A stretch of DNA of 64,000 nucleotides. Origin: a virus. Below are positions 38,324 to 49,400 of the stretch, piece after piece. The notes beneath the pieces were generated by a model. It was given only the letters and a program-made list of their open reading frames with translations. It searched no databases and was not told the origin of the DNA. Location: positions 2,263 through 66,262 of IMG/VR virus record IMGVR_UViG_3300025141_000071; one strand, 5' to 3'. The first letter of the stretch is position 1, and every line of letters starts with the position of its first letter. A program made the position numbers and the translations under genes.

Positions 38324-41300
38324 ATGCACGGAACACTTTCTATTTACCAAGGATACTTAGAGGGGGGCAAAGCCCTTACTGAGCCCACTCCTATGTTACA
38401 TGAGAGGAATCTTATTGTAGATGGAATGAAGGAGCATATTGTGGATTTAATGACTAGGGTTCCCGCACCCTCCTCAGTAAGCGCCGACGTCGCTGCGTCC
38501 TATGATGTCTCCAATTTTACCGTTCAAGCAATGACTGTAGGACCTAACCGTTCTGCCTTCGATAAAAAGAACGGTCTGGCGGGGTTGTCGGGTTACGTAG
38601 GATTAACCGAGAGTATAAACCAGTACAGAGATTTGGACCCTTCCGATGGCACGTCCTACGTGTACAACGAGGATATACCCAATCATCAGTTCTCGGCAAT
38701 GAATACTTCGGGATACCCGAGTCCTAACGGTCAGTTAAAGAACCCTGCATTTTCCGCGTTAGACGGTAGATTGGTAAACGGACGGTTTAGGGATTATTCT
38801 TTAGACCGTTCTTTGTCTGGAGTCCATATGAATGAGATTCTAGGGCTATATGAGCTTAACGGGTGGGAGGTTTCTAGCTATCTTCGTGACGGTATTGAAG
38901 CTCCTGAATTTGATGACGCCACTAAGCTCGGGTCCTGCTCTAGGCACGACTTTGACCAGGTCTCGGGAATTTATAGCTTTTTATCTGGAACAGACGCTTC
39001 CTCCACGTTCGCTGAAGCTGATGACGGTGTTTTGTTCATACGCTCTTTCGAGGACTCAACGACAACCCTCCCCTCCTCTGGATTAGTAACATTAAGGCAG
39101 AATTTCTCGGTAAGAACTCCTGAGATTCTACGGGAGGCTTCGGTAGACGGAACCGACAACGTTTTAGTTGAGGTTACTGCTCAATTTAGCTCTCTGTCGG
39201 GAGGGGCTAATTCACGTATACATGTGAACGTGCGGGACGCCACCCTAGGGGAAAATTATGCTTTTACTGGTGCCACTCGGAACTCTTGGGGCGTGGCAAA
39301 ACCTTTAGTGGTAAATGCCGTAGCCGATGCAAGTGGAACCATTTCTCATTTTATTAACATCCCTTCTTCGCGGGTTTCCAATGAGTTTACAGTAAGCTTT
39401 GATTTTTATTGTGATGACGCGGAAGATGTGCTTAAGTGTTATTTCTGGAATGCAAACGTAAACTTATTAGAGGGATGGTGCTGGGGTAATATTTTCTCAG
39501 GCCAAAGTATGCATAGGGTGTGGAGTAATAATTATCGAGACCCTGCATTATATATTAGCACGTCAGGGTCAGCCGAAGATGTTCCTTGGAACTTACCTTT
39601 GAGCAGTGTAACATATCTTGCACAGCCTTTCAAGCTAAAGCCCCTTAAAAAATACTCTACTATTACCGCATTTAGTGGCACCGCAGCGTTCACGCCAAGT
39701 TGGGATTTCATTCATACTGGGGTTGTAAAAAGGTTTACTTCAAACATTGAGCAGGTCGCTGGGTATAATCATCTTACCACTTCTGGAAGTTTTCCTTTAT
39801 GTGAATCTAGGCTGCCGTCTAATTTTGCGATGTCCCCAAATTACCCACCTACGAGCCCCCCGTCCCAGCGTGCACTCCAGAAAGCTGATGTACGTCCTTC
39901 GGATTTGTGTTTAGAGGTATCGGGAGGTTCTACCGTTAGTGGCACCTTTGAACTTTCTTCGCCTGGTATTTTGAGGGGCGAGATTTTAAATAGTTTTGGG
40001 ACTGGGGTTAGTGCAACAGACGAACTTAAAATCTCTATGAGAACCCAAGCACTGGATGCTGACGGTAATCAGCGCTGGTTTAATTTCAGGACAGGGGTCT
40101 GGGATGTGTACGAAGACTCCTTGAGTGGGGATTTATATTTTAATTCCACTTCTATAAGTGGCGAAGGTTTCGTATCTTTTTCTGCTAGGCAATTGGAGCT
40201 TAACTCTCTTATTGGGGTTGTTTCAGCAAATGCTGATAATACTTACACCTTCTCCTTAGTTTTAGAGAACGGTATTGACACTACGACTCCTGCATTTGTA
40301 AAGAACTTACGAGTCGATTCTTACCCTAAATCCCTTTCAACTGATGTACAGGAAGTGTTTAGGTTCTCCCCGTCAGGCGCAGGATTCACGCCCTCGTCTG
40401 CCTGGAAAGTTGCGTCGAATAGCGGGCAGTACATTTTTAGCGGTCTTGATGGTAATTATCTTTACCCCTCCCACACAAACGCAACGACTACTACTAACAC
40501 TTTAGGGTCGCTGCCAATTGAGTGTATGTATTTAGCTTCTGGTTCGGTTCACTCTGCGGAGTCCGAGTATAGGTTTTATCTTATGCAAAGCACCGACACT
40601 ATCGGAGCAAATCAACACGCTTACAAATTTAATCTTGTGGACGTTGTTGATTCGGCGCTTGTACCTTCAACTAAAGCACCTCAGGAGGATAGGTTAACAT
40701 CTGAGTCTTACGCAAATACCGAAAATTTTGATTTTGTTAATCAACCCTTTATCGAATATGTTGATTCAAATAACGTATACAGCTACTTCAATTACCGTCA
40801 CCCAGGACCCGCCCCCCAATCCCCTGCTGCTCCAGCACACGCAGGGCTGTTGACACAAACCAACCAAAGTTTGATTATTGGAAGCCCCGATTCTCCTGGT
40901 GGCGAGTTGTTTCCTAACTGCCGCTTGTCTTATGTTGAAAACTTAAGTAGTATTAAGTTACCGCTTGATGGAGAGTCAACCCAACGTTCTTTCTCCGTAG
41001 AGTTTAATCAGCTTGATGCTAACCAATCCCCTGTGATGCAATGGAGGGCAGGCGCGACGACTAAAGACGGCGATATTCTCTGGTGGAACGGTACGACCTG
41101 GGATGAATATGAGACCAATGACATCCCTTTTAATAACTTTTTGACCGTCCCGAGAAGGTCTGGTACTGAATACGTAAAGACTATTCTTAGTTCAAAATTT
41201 GATATTACTAATGAACGTTTTGATGAAACGACCAAGATTAAAGTTAGCATAGTTTTATACGGGTGGAACGTTGATGATGTCGTAGCACTACTCAACTGGA

Positions 41301-41974
41301 AGTTCTTCACTAACACTGAACTTCCTTCCATGGATATGCCAGAGTTCCCCGCGCCAAATGATACTACTCTTCAACCCCCTGCGTCTCCTTGCGCAGAATT
41401 AGGGCATTTCACAAATCAGATTGCTTTATCGGGCGCTTTATCGGGGATAAACTTAGATAGAGCTATGGGTAATATTAACTGGACTCCTTCTGCTGGGCTT
41501 GTGGTTAGTGGGGTTCCCGTAAACTCATACTTGAACAGTTATGATGTTATTAACTCTGACGGGTATGTGCTGTTTGGGTATAATGGTCCTATAACCCAAA
41601 CCGTAGGTAGAAATGACTACGATTACTATGTTAATGGTTTCAACGCCGTTTCTTCTACAAGCTCAATGACTTATACTGTGGATGTTAGTTCTGGAGCGAT
41701 GAATTACTTCCAAATACAGGGAGGGATTGGTTGCGCAGGGTTACACACGTTTAACATTGATGAGACATACAGAAAGCTGAAAGATAATGGTCACTCCCTC
41801 GATTCCGTTTACGACAAGGGTGCGCTGTCCGCCGATACCCTATATATTTTGACTGATGTAACTAGAAACCCCATCTTTAGGTTAGCGGCTAAAAAGGTCT
41901 TTCGACTGCCTTTAACGTATGGTGCGGCTACTAATAGATTCATTAGGCTGAGTTGGGAGATTAGATTTATATAA
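38324..41974 (+). CDS. Tail-collar-like domain protein with very large internal insertion
   Basis: N-term G.L.I...NLIVDG and C-term AGL...LAAKKVF...IRLSWEIRF resemble the two halves of 41974..42555. Confidence 0.6.
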   Translation: MHGTLSIYQGYLEGGKALTEPTPMLHERNLIVDGMKEHIVDLMTRVPAPSSVSADVAASYDVSNFTVQAMTVGPNRSAFDKKNGLAGLSGYVGLTESINQYRDLDPSDGTSYVYNEDIPNHQFSAMNTSGYPSPNGQLKNPAFSALDGRLVNGRFRDYSLDRSLSGVHMNEILGLYELNGWEVSSYLRDGIEAPEFDDATKLGSCSRHDFDQVSGIYSFLSGTDASSTFAEADDGVLFIRSFEDSTTTLPSSGLVTLRQNFSVRTPEILREASVDGTDNVLVEVTAQFSSLSGGANSRIHVNVRDATLGENYAFTGATRNSWGVAKPLVVNAVADASGTISHFINIPSSRVSNEFTVSFDFYCDDAEDVLKCYFWNANVNLLEGWCWGNIFSGQSMHRVWSNNYRDPALYISTSGSAEDVPWNLPLSSVTYLAQPFKLKPLKKYSTITAFSGTAAFTPSWDFIHTGVVKRFTSNIEQVAGYNHLTTSGSFPLCESRLPSNFAMSPNYPPTSPPSQRALQKADVRPSDLCLEVSGGSTVSGTFELSSPGILRGEILNSFGTGVSATDELKISMRTQALDADGNQRWFNFRTGVWDVYEDSLSGDLYFNSTSISGEGFVSFSARQLELNSLIGVVSANADNTYTFSLVLENGIDTTTPAFVKNLRVDSYPKSLSTDVQEVFRFSPSGAGFTPSSAWKVASNSGQYIFSGLDGNYLYPSHTNATTTTNTLGSLPIECMYLASGSVHSAESEYRFYLMQSTDTIGANQHAYKFNLVDVVDSALVPSTKAPQEDRLTSESYANTENFDFVNQPFIEYVDSNNVYSYFNYRHPGPAPQSPAAPAHAGLLTQTNQSLIIGSPDSPGGELFPNCRLSYVENLSSIKLPLDGESTQRSFSVEFNQLDANQSPVMQWRAGATTKDGDILWWNGTTWDEYETNDIPFNNFLTVPRRSGTEYVKTILSSKFDITNERFDETTKIKVSIVLYGWNVDDVVALLNWKFFTNTELPSMDMPEFPAPNDTTLQPPASPCAELGHFTNQIALSGALSGINLDRAMGNINWTPSAGLVVSGVPVNSYLNSYDVINSDGYVLFGYNGPITQTVGRNDYDYYVNGFNAVSSTSSMTYTVDVSSGAMNYFQIQGGIGCAGLHTFNIDETYRKLKDNGHSLDSVYDKGALSADTLYILTDVTRNPIFRLAAKKVFRLPLTYGAATNRFIRLSWEIRFI

Positions 41975-42555
41975 TGAAAACCGTTCTAAATTACGAGTCT
42001 GGAGATAAAATGAAAGGACACCTTGAGGTCATTAAGCTTTATGCTGATGGTACGGAAGAGGTTCATTTTTCAGAAGACAACGTTATTACCTCGGGTATGG
42101 GCCATACCCTACTAAAAGCCTTTGCGACGTCTGGGGCTGGCTCCATCGCGCCCTTTCAAATCACTTATTTTCAGTTAGGTTCAGGTGGTGCTACAGGGTT
42201 ACAGGTCTCCTCTACGGGGAATTTAGGGAACGCCTTGTCGGAGGCGCAGTATGGAACTGCCAATTTTCAGATTAGTACTCACGATTTAAGCTCTGGTACT
42301 GCCGCTGCGGACCAACCTTTTGGAATTATCCCATGGCCTTACATTAAAAAGATATCCCCAACGAGGGTAATGTATCAAATTTTTGTGGGAGATGAGGCAG
42401 TAGATGGCATTACAATTAACGAGGTTGGCTTGTTTAGTAAAAACCCCGACTCTTCTGCGACAGAGGGTAGCTATTTATGTGCTTATAGGTACTTTACACC
42501 GCTTGCGAAGCAAGATTCCTTTTCCGTGCTATTTCGCTGGACGATTGAGTTCTAA
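41974..42555 (+). CDS. Tail-collar/fibre-attachment protein (DUF3751-like)
   Basis: GHLEVIK, NVITSG, INEVGLF, AYRYF.P..K, FRWTIEF; directly before the fibre genes. Confidence 0.65.
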   Translation: MKTVLNYESGDKMKGHLEVIKLYADGTEEVHFSEDNVITSGMGHTLLKAFATSGAGSIAPFQITYFQLGSGGATGLQVSSTGNLGNALSEAQYGTANFQISTHDLSSGTAAADQPFGIIPWPYIKKISPTRVMYQIFVGDEAVDGITINEVGLFSKNPDSSATEGSYLCAYRYFTPLAKQDSFSVLFRWTIEF

Positions 42556-45500
42556 TGAATCGTAACTACACATATTTTGATATTGAAGGCGGTGGTCAAA
42601 GCTTTTCGGGCTACGGATTTCCCGAGGTTTATAAGCATGACGCTAGTGGTTTTTATAACTGGGAACAAGATAACCTTCCCCTTCTAGACTTAGAAACTCG
42701 TTCGGATGTTTTTAAGCAGTACTTGGGACTGGACTCCTCTCTGACTGGAGTTACTTTGACTGTCTCAGCCGATGCACCCAAATCCGCATCTAGCACGGGC
42801 GTCTATCAAACGGTACAAGAAGCATTAGAGGTTGTTCCCCGCAGGCTTACAATTCCCGTTCTTATCGAGATATGTGATTTTGGTAATTTAGGGGAGTTAG
42901 AGTTAAAGGATATCAACGCGGAGGGTGAGGGAGGATTGCAGATAACCTGCCGTCAGTACCTTGAAGAGATTTACGCTCAACCCACCTTCCTTTCTGGTTC
43001 ATACGAATACGGCCCGTCTGCATGGCAAAATCAACCTACTCAAATGGTGGCATCGAGTTTTCAAAGCGATTTATCGAGCGCCTCCTCTACAGGTCTAAGT
43101 ATTTCTTGCTCAGCGGTAGAACCCTGGAATAGACACACTAGGATGTTCTTTCAAAAGGCTAATAATTCCCAGGACGAGGCTAATTCACTATCTTTTTCCC
43201 CGTGGCCGAGACCAGAAGGACAGGAATTTAGTTCGGGCGGGACCTTAAGCGCAATTAACTTTTATGGTTATAGTGAGACGGACGATATAACAGTGCGACA
43301 AGACGCAGACCCCCGCGCAGCGGGAGGTTCCCTTTTCAGGCAACGTCTCCCTTTGCTTACCACGGATAGGGGAGTAACCTTTGCTTACGGCGCTTATTTT
43401 AGAAAAATTAAAATCACAAACTGCTCTCGGGTAAAACTCCAAAATATATGTGTGGACTCTGCGTCTGGCGCTGATTTTGAGTATCCTAATAATACACAGT
43501 TCTTGTGTGATACGGGCATAGAAGTTAATAATTCTGACATCCTACTAGAGAATGTTTCTATTACCCGAGTTAAGAAAACAGGATTGCTTTTAGATAACTC
43601 CAAGGTGTGTACGGCAAAGAACTTTGTCGTCTATAGAATTTATGATAGAACCGTAAACCAAGAACGAACTTCAGATGGGGTGGGGGTGTATGCCGTAGAC
43701 TCCAACGTCATATTCGACGCCCGAGAAACTTCAGGAACGGCTTACAACACCGACGCCGCAGGAGTTTATATAACTTCTATCTCTAAGTGCGGGGTCGGTA
43801 TTGAGGGTATTAATTCACAAATTGCAGGGGGCGCAAAATCTAATTCTGTAACAAACACTGAGCCTAAGAATGCTGGAGGCACGCCTTTAGACATGACTGG
43901 TGACTGGAATACTACACATTTAACTTGTTTCGCAAACACAACGGGAATTAAGTTGCACAACTCCACTTTAGACTATGATGGTCGCCCATCTGTTTTTTGT
44001 AACATAAAAGGGGTTGATGCCCTTCAATCTAATATTTTCTTACCTCAATTTAGTGTGGACTACAACCAAGATGAAGGTTTCTACTTAAGCAAGTCTTACT
44101 TAGGGTATGGAAAGTTCTCGTCTTACTTTGCGGATGCTGGTTCCTGTAGCGCAACTCAAGGAGCCCCGCGACCTAAACCCGCCTATTGCGCAGATTATAA
44201 CGGTATTAATGTTCATGCTGACAAGGGTTCAAGCGTATCTCCTGTCGCTGATTGTAGTGCGATAAATAATCTGGATATGTGGGGTGGAGGTTGGCCTGGA
44301 ACGGGTTATAGTGACTCGACTCAATTAGCGATGAGTAACCATAAGACGGATGCCCCCGCTATTCTAGTTTCTGATAGCTCTGATGCCGAAATGGTACAGT
44401 TAGTTGTAGCTAACCCCGCTACAGCAGGAGGCGTTGCAGGTAAATGCGCACGGGCTGAGAAGAATTCCTCTTTAGTGATTAGGGGTACCGAAAAAGGTGC
44501 CACGGGACTTGGTTCATATGGACCTATTGACTCGCTAGGAGGATTAGAATCTAATTGGACTACGGCTGCAACCTGCGCGGACGATAATTCCAAGATTACT
44601 TTTTCAGGTCCTACTAAAATTTCGCGGTATGGAATCGCTGTTCTCGCTCAAAACAACTCTGAGATGAACTTTGGACCCCCTGGAACTCCTGGCACTATGA
44701 ATGTTCCCGACCCAGTTCGTTACGGGTTAGATTCTTCTTCTAACCACACTATGGTTGATTTACATTCAACTAGAGCTTGTGTGGTCGCCAGTAACAAGTC
44801 CATTGTTAATATGGAGTCTCTAGGTGGCTCTGCTTTAGAACCCGCTTCTTCTGTTGATACTCAAGCTTTGTCTGCGCTTTCTTCATTGTACACGTCAGCT
44901 ACTTCTGGTAGTTTTGTTAGGTTTTCTCCTAATGGCTTTACGGAAAATGCGCAAGGAACTGCACAATTAGATGCTTCTTTCTTTGACACCTTCACTCGCA
45001 CTGCATTACAGGGAATTGACGATGATGAGCATAGGATGGCAAGTACGGGAGGTATGTGTGTTCGGGCTGTGGGGTCTAGTCATGTAAATGCTAATTTGGT
45101 GAACTTTAAATTTGGAATGGAAGGTTCTTCTATCTCGGGGGTTATGTATAATTATAACGGTCTGGGGTGTGAGTATGACGGCACTACAACTTCTGGAATT
45201 ACAGACTCAATAACGACAGACCTTTGTGATTTAGTAAGTGATTGTTGTGACCCTATCACAACTACAGCTTCTACGGCTTCAACACAGAGTACGACCGCTT
45301 CAACTCTGTGGACGTCCACATGGGACACCACAGACGCGACTACTAGTACTGATGCTACCACTACTGAGGCTACCACTACTGAGGCTACCACTACTGGAAC
45401 AGACGTCCCAACTACCACTACTACTACGTCTACTACCACCACAATGACGAACACTTATCGGACCCCTCCTACCGAAACGTGGGACCCTGAAAGGTTCGAG

Positions 45501-46418
45501 GTGGGAGCGGCGAATACGCTTCAGACAAACCAAAATGAATCTCTTAATTACGACACAAATGATATTGAGTTTTCTTGTGTTGGAAGTAGAACGCATATGT
45601 GGAACATAGCTGACACGTCTAGGGTTCACGCTGCAAACTTACTTATTAACTCGCTGCCGCCTGAAACGGCTTGCGTTGGAAGTACATGGCATGGACCTAC
45701 AGGAAGATGGTATAATGGCGCAGCCTGCGATTATTACGGAAAGTTTGGCTTGGCCGCAAGCGCTTTCCAAGCATGTTCGATTGAAATAGCGCAGGTAGAT
45801 GGCTTTTATAACCTAGGAATCTTCCGCGTGGTGGGGTCTAACAGAGGGTACTTAAAAACGTATACCGAAGTGGCTTATGACGGGTATCCCGTAAGGTCTC
45901 AATATTTTGGAGGAGGTTCTCCTTTAGACCAGTGCGGGGGTCAAGGGTATCAGACCATGTTTGATGTAGCGATTAATACCTCAGGAATTGAGGATATTAT
46001 TGCTTATCATGTGGGCTTAGAATATGGAACTACCTCAGGCACTGAACCTGTTTTTGGTCGCGGGTTAGCTGGTACTCCTAATCAAGTAGGAAAAATGAAC
46101 GGTCTTATTACCCATGCTCCTATGACAGAAGGAAAGGGAATGCTCTGGGATGTAGGACAATTACACCCTCAAATGCCTGTACCGCCTCTCCACTTAGGGT
46201 GGCAAGGATATATGAGAAACTGGATTGATGAGTCTGCTGCGAGCGTATTCGCTAACGCCAAACACGCTGCCAATAAGAAGGTAAACTTACTTTCAATTTA
46301 TCGTTCTACCACAAACGGGTCTAAAGGCGGAGAGGGTAGAGACACCTTGGGCGGCAATCCTACCTACGGGGTGGGCGTTCGTTCGCTAAACATGTTTGAT
46401 TTGGACAGGTTGGTATAA
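42555..46418 (+). CDS. Tail fibre/spike 1: beta-helix-like body with short Thr-rich stalk
   Basis: Pectin-lyase-like GIxxxNS repeats; paralog of 46418..51280. Confidence 0.7.
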   Translation: MNRNYTYFDIEGGGQSFSGYGFPEVYKHDASGFYNWEQDNLPLLDLETRSDVFKQYLGLDSSLTGVTLTVSADAPKSASSTGVYQTVQEALEVVPRRLTIPVLIEICDFGNLGELELKDINAEGEGGLQITCRQYLEEIYAQPTFLSGSYEYGPSAWQNQPTQMVASSFQSDLSSASSTGLSISCSAVEPWNRHTRMFFQKANNSQDEANSLSFSPWPRPEGQEFSSGGTLSAINFYGYSETDDITVRQDADPRAAGGSLFRQRLPLLTTDRGVTFAYGAYFRKIKITNCSRVKLQNICVDSASGADFEYPNNTQFLCDTGIEVNNSDILLENVSITRVKKTGLLLDNSKVCTAKNFVVYRIYDRTVNQERTSDGVGVYAVDSNVIFDARETSGTAYNTDAAGVYITSISKCGVGIEGINSQIAGGAKSNSVTNTEPKNAGGTPLDMTGDWNTTHLTCFANTTGIKLHNSTLDYDGRPSVFCNIKGVDALQSNIFLPQFSVDYNQDEGFYLSKSYLGYGKFSSYFADAGSCSATQGAPRPKPAYCADYNGINVHADKGSSVSPVADCSAINNLDMWGGGWPGTGYSDSTQLAMSNHKTDAPAILVSDSSDAEMVQLVVANPATAGGVAGKCARAEKNSSLVIRGTEKGATGLGSYGPIDSLGGLESNWTTAATCADDNSKITFSGPTKISRYGIAVLAQNNSEMNFGPPGTPGTMNVPDPVRYGLDSSSNHTMVDLHSTRACVVASNKSIVNMESLGGSALEPASSVDTQALSALSSLYTSATSGSFVRFSPNGFTENAQGTAQLDASFFDTFTRTALQGIDDDEHRMASTGGMCVRAVGSSHVNANLVNFKFGMEGSSISGVMYNYNGLGCEYDGTTTSGITDSITTDLCDLVSDCCDPITTTASTASTQSTTASTLWTSTWDTTDATTSTDATTTEATTTEATTTGTDVPTTTTTTSTTTTMTNTYRTPPTETWDPERFEVGAANTLQTNQNESLNYDTNDIEFSCVGSRTHMWNIADTSRVHAANLLINSLPPETACVGSTWHGPTGRWYNGAACDYYGKFGLAASAFQACSIEIAQVDGFYNLGIFRVVGSNRGYLKTYTEVAYDGYPVRSQYFGGGSPLDQCGGQGYQTMFDVAINTSGIEDIIAYHVGLEYGTTSGTEPVFGRGLAGTPNQVGKMNGLITHAPMTEGKGMLWDVGQLHPQMPVPPLHLGWQGYMRNWIDESAASVFANAKHAANKKVNLLSIYRSTTNGSKGGEGRDTLGGNPTYGVGVRSLNMFDLDRLV

Positions 46419-49400
46419 TGAGCCGTACGTATGAATACTATGATGTTACAGGTGGCGAAGACGTTATCACGTCTGGATTTCCTGACGTATTCCATTACGA
46501 CCCAAGTACTTTTTATAATTATACTGATGATAATCTTGCAGCCACAGGATTAGAAGTACGAGATAGACTTCTTGGGCAAGCTATGGGCTTCCCTGGTTCT
46601 GGGACATACTCAGGAGTCACTTTATTAGTATCCTCTACCGCAACGGCGGACACCGAGTTAGGCATATACACCACTGTACAAGCTGCGATTGATGATGTGC
46701 CTCGGGTGCTAAATTATCCTGTAAACATTGAGATTGCTGACTATGGGAATCTTGGTGCTATTAATATCACAGGAATTAAATGTCATGGGAGGGGAGCACT
46801 ACAAATTGAAGCTCTTAACTATGGCTCTGATTCCAAAGCTCCTATTACACAAATTGACGCCTTCCAACAACCCGCCCCTGGAGACTTTGATGTCGCCACG
46901 GTTGTTTCTTCTCTTCCAATTCATAATGCAATTACTACGGCTATAACTCAACGTACCTCAGAAGAGACTTTTGATGACACTTTGTGGGCAGCGAGCGGTC
47001 GAGCGATTGCTCAACCCACCCCCAATACGGACTCTGAAGCAAATGGAGGCGTTAGCTTCGCTCAAACTATTCTACAGACATGGGGCTTCTCCGCCAGCCT
47101 GACAGGGGAACATCTTTTTCATGTTGATAATTCGAGGTTAATAAACTTCCACGATTATAGTTATAGTGCTGGTCCTTTTGCTAATGTCTACGGACAGGGT
47201 CTTTCTAAGTATTATCGTCCCATACCGAACACAGCCTCAGGCACGGCATGTGCTGCCTTTTACGGCTCCTTCTTTAGTGGAGTAGAGATTAAGGATTGCA
47301 ACAAAGTTAAACTTAAAGGTATAATGGTTGATGGGGGTGTTATAAATGACGAAGACCCATCCGTAATTCAACATTTAGTTTATGAGCGCGAGACAGGACT
47401 GTCTGTTACAAACTCTAATGTGCTTTTAGAAGACGTGGCGGTTGTGAGGTGCCTGGAGACGGGTATTCTTGCTACCAATTCCACTATTTCTGTTGCTAAA
47501 AACTTTATAGTTTATAGGGTTCTAAGACAGGGCTATACGTGGTTCGCTAATGGGTATGCTGGATGGCCTTCGCGTTTCTTCAAAGATAACGACAATAATA
47601 TCTACAAAAATTCTAGAGGTATTGGGGTCTATCTTAATCACTCTAATTTAGTGTTTGATACAGAGGAAGCGGAAGACTCAGGTCTCTATATGCGCACTGT
47701 TACAGGTGGCTGCGAGGTAGGTTTAAAGTCTGTCAACTCCTTCATTACGGGGGGAACTCGAAATACAATTCGCTCGTCCTCGTACTCGAAAAATGGGGGT
47801 GGCGCGGATAATCGCACTGCTCACTTACAAGCTTACGGGAATAATCTAGGGTTTGGGATTTACAATTCTTTATTGGATTTCGACGGCAGGCTCGATTCTT
47901 TTGTGAATCTGTCGGGGCTTGTGTCTGTTAATTCTGAAATTTCTGTTCCTATGTTTAGCATTGATGATAATCAAGACACGGGAATTAAACTTCACCACTC
48001 AAATTTTTACTACGGAAAGTTCGCAGAGTTTATAGATGAGTTTGGAGGCACAAGTGGCGCTGCGGGAATTCCGTTGTTTCAGTGTGATTGGAATGGCGTA
48101 AACCTAGATGCTACCCACGACTCAACCGTAGCTGTTCATCCAAGTGTTAAACGGTATGATACCGTAGGAACGTGGGGAGGAAATACAGTTGTAGGTACCG
48201 AAGACGCGGGCGAGCCTATTCTTGAGGTATCAAGCTGTTCCTTGATGAGAAATCATGGAATGGAACCCTCCAACTTACGGATATCTAAACCCTCTATCTT
48301 GATTTCTCATAACTCTAATGCGGATATAGTGGGATTAGGATATATTGGAAACACTTCCAACAATAGGACGGCAGGAAAAGCCGTCAAGGTTTCTGAAAAT
48401 TCTTCTGTACGCCTGTTAGGATTTAAAGATAAATGGACAGTTATAACCTCTTATGGGGATTTGTCTAGCACAGCACAACTGCACAATAACTGGGGCACTG
48501 CGGCGTGCTTTGCAGACAGTAACTCTAATTTAGAACTTGTAGGTCCTACTAAAATATCTCGGTATGGAGTAGATGTATTAGCAGAAAATCAATCTAAAAT
48601 GTATGTTGGGAGCCCCGTAGAAAGTGGTTTTAATTTACATGATAATAAGTACGGCTTAAGTGACGCGGGCAACCATACGTGCGCGGAATTCCACTCATCA
48701 CGGGCGTGTCTTGTCGGGAACCACGACTCGACGATTAAACTTTATGGTTTAGGAGCTTCCTCCAATACCAGTTCCGTGTATGAAACCCCTGGGTTATATA
48801 ATGATACCTCGGGAGGCTATATCGCCTTCCTTCCTAATGGGTTTACTGAAAACATTTTAGGCGAGGATACTTCATCAATGCTTACTGCTGAGTCCCTAGA
48901 CAAGTATTCTAGAAACGCAGGGTTTGTTGCTTCTGGGTATGAAGACCATGATACTGGAAGTACTGGAGGTATGTGCGTTAGGGCGGTTAATGACAGTTCA
49001 GTGGAAGTGGATTTAGTCGATTTTAAGTTTGGAATGGAGCCGTCCTCCGTGTCGGGAGCATTTTATAATTGGCATGGGACGGGAGCTGAGTTTATAGACA
49101 ATATGGAGAATTACACTCCGCTGTCTAACACTACTCATACTTGTTGGATTGCACAGTTTTGCTGTGAGTGTGCTGATACTCCTACTACAACAAGTAGTCA
49201 CGCTACAACCTCTACCGCAACTGCCAGCACCCCGCAGACGCCTACCACTACTACTCCAACAGAACCAACTACTACTGAGGCTACCACTACTGCAACAGAC
49301 GTCCCAACTACCACTACTACTGAGGCTACCACTACTGAGGCTACCACCACGACTGCCACCGTAGCAACTACAACGTCCACGGAGTCTACGGTATACACTA

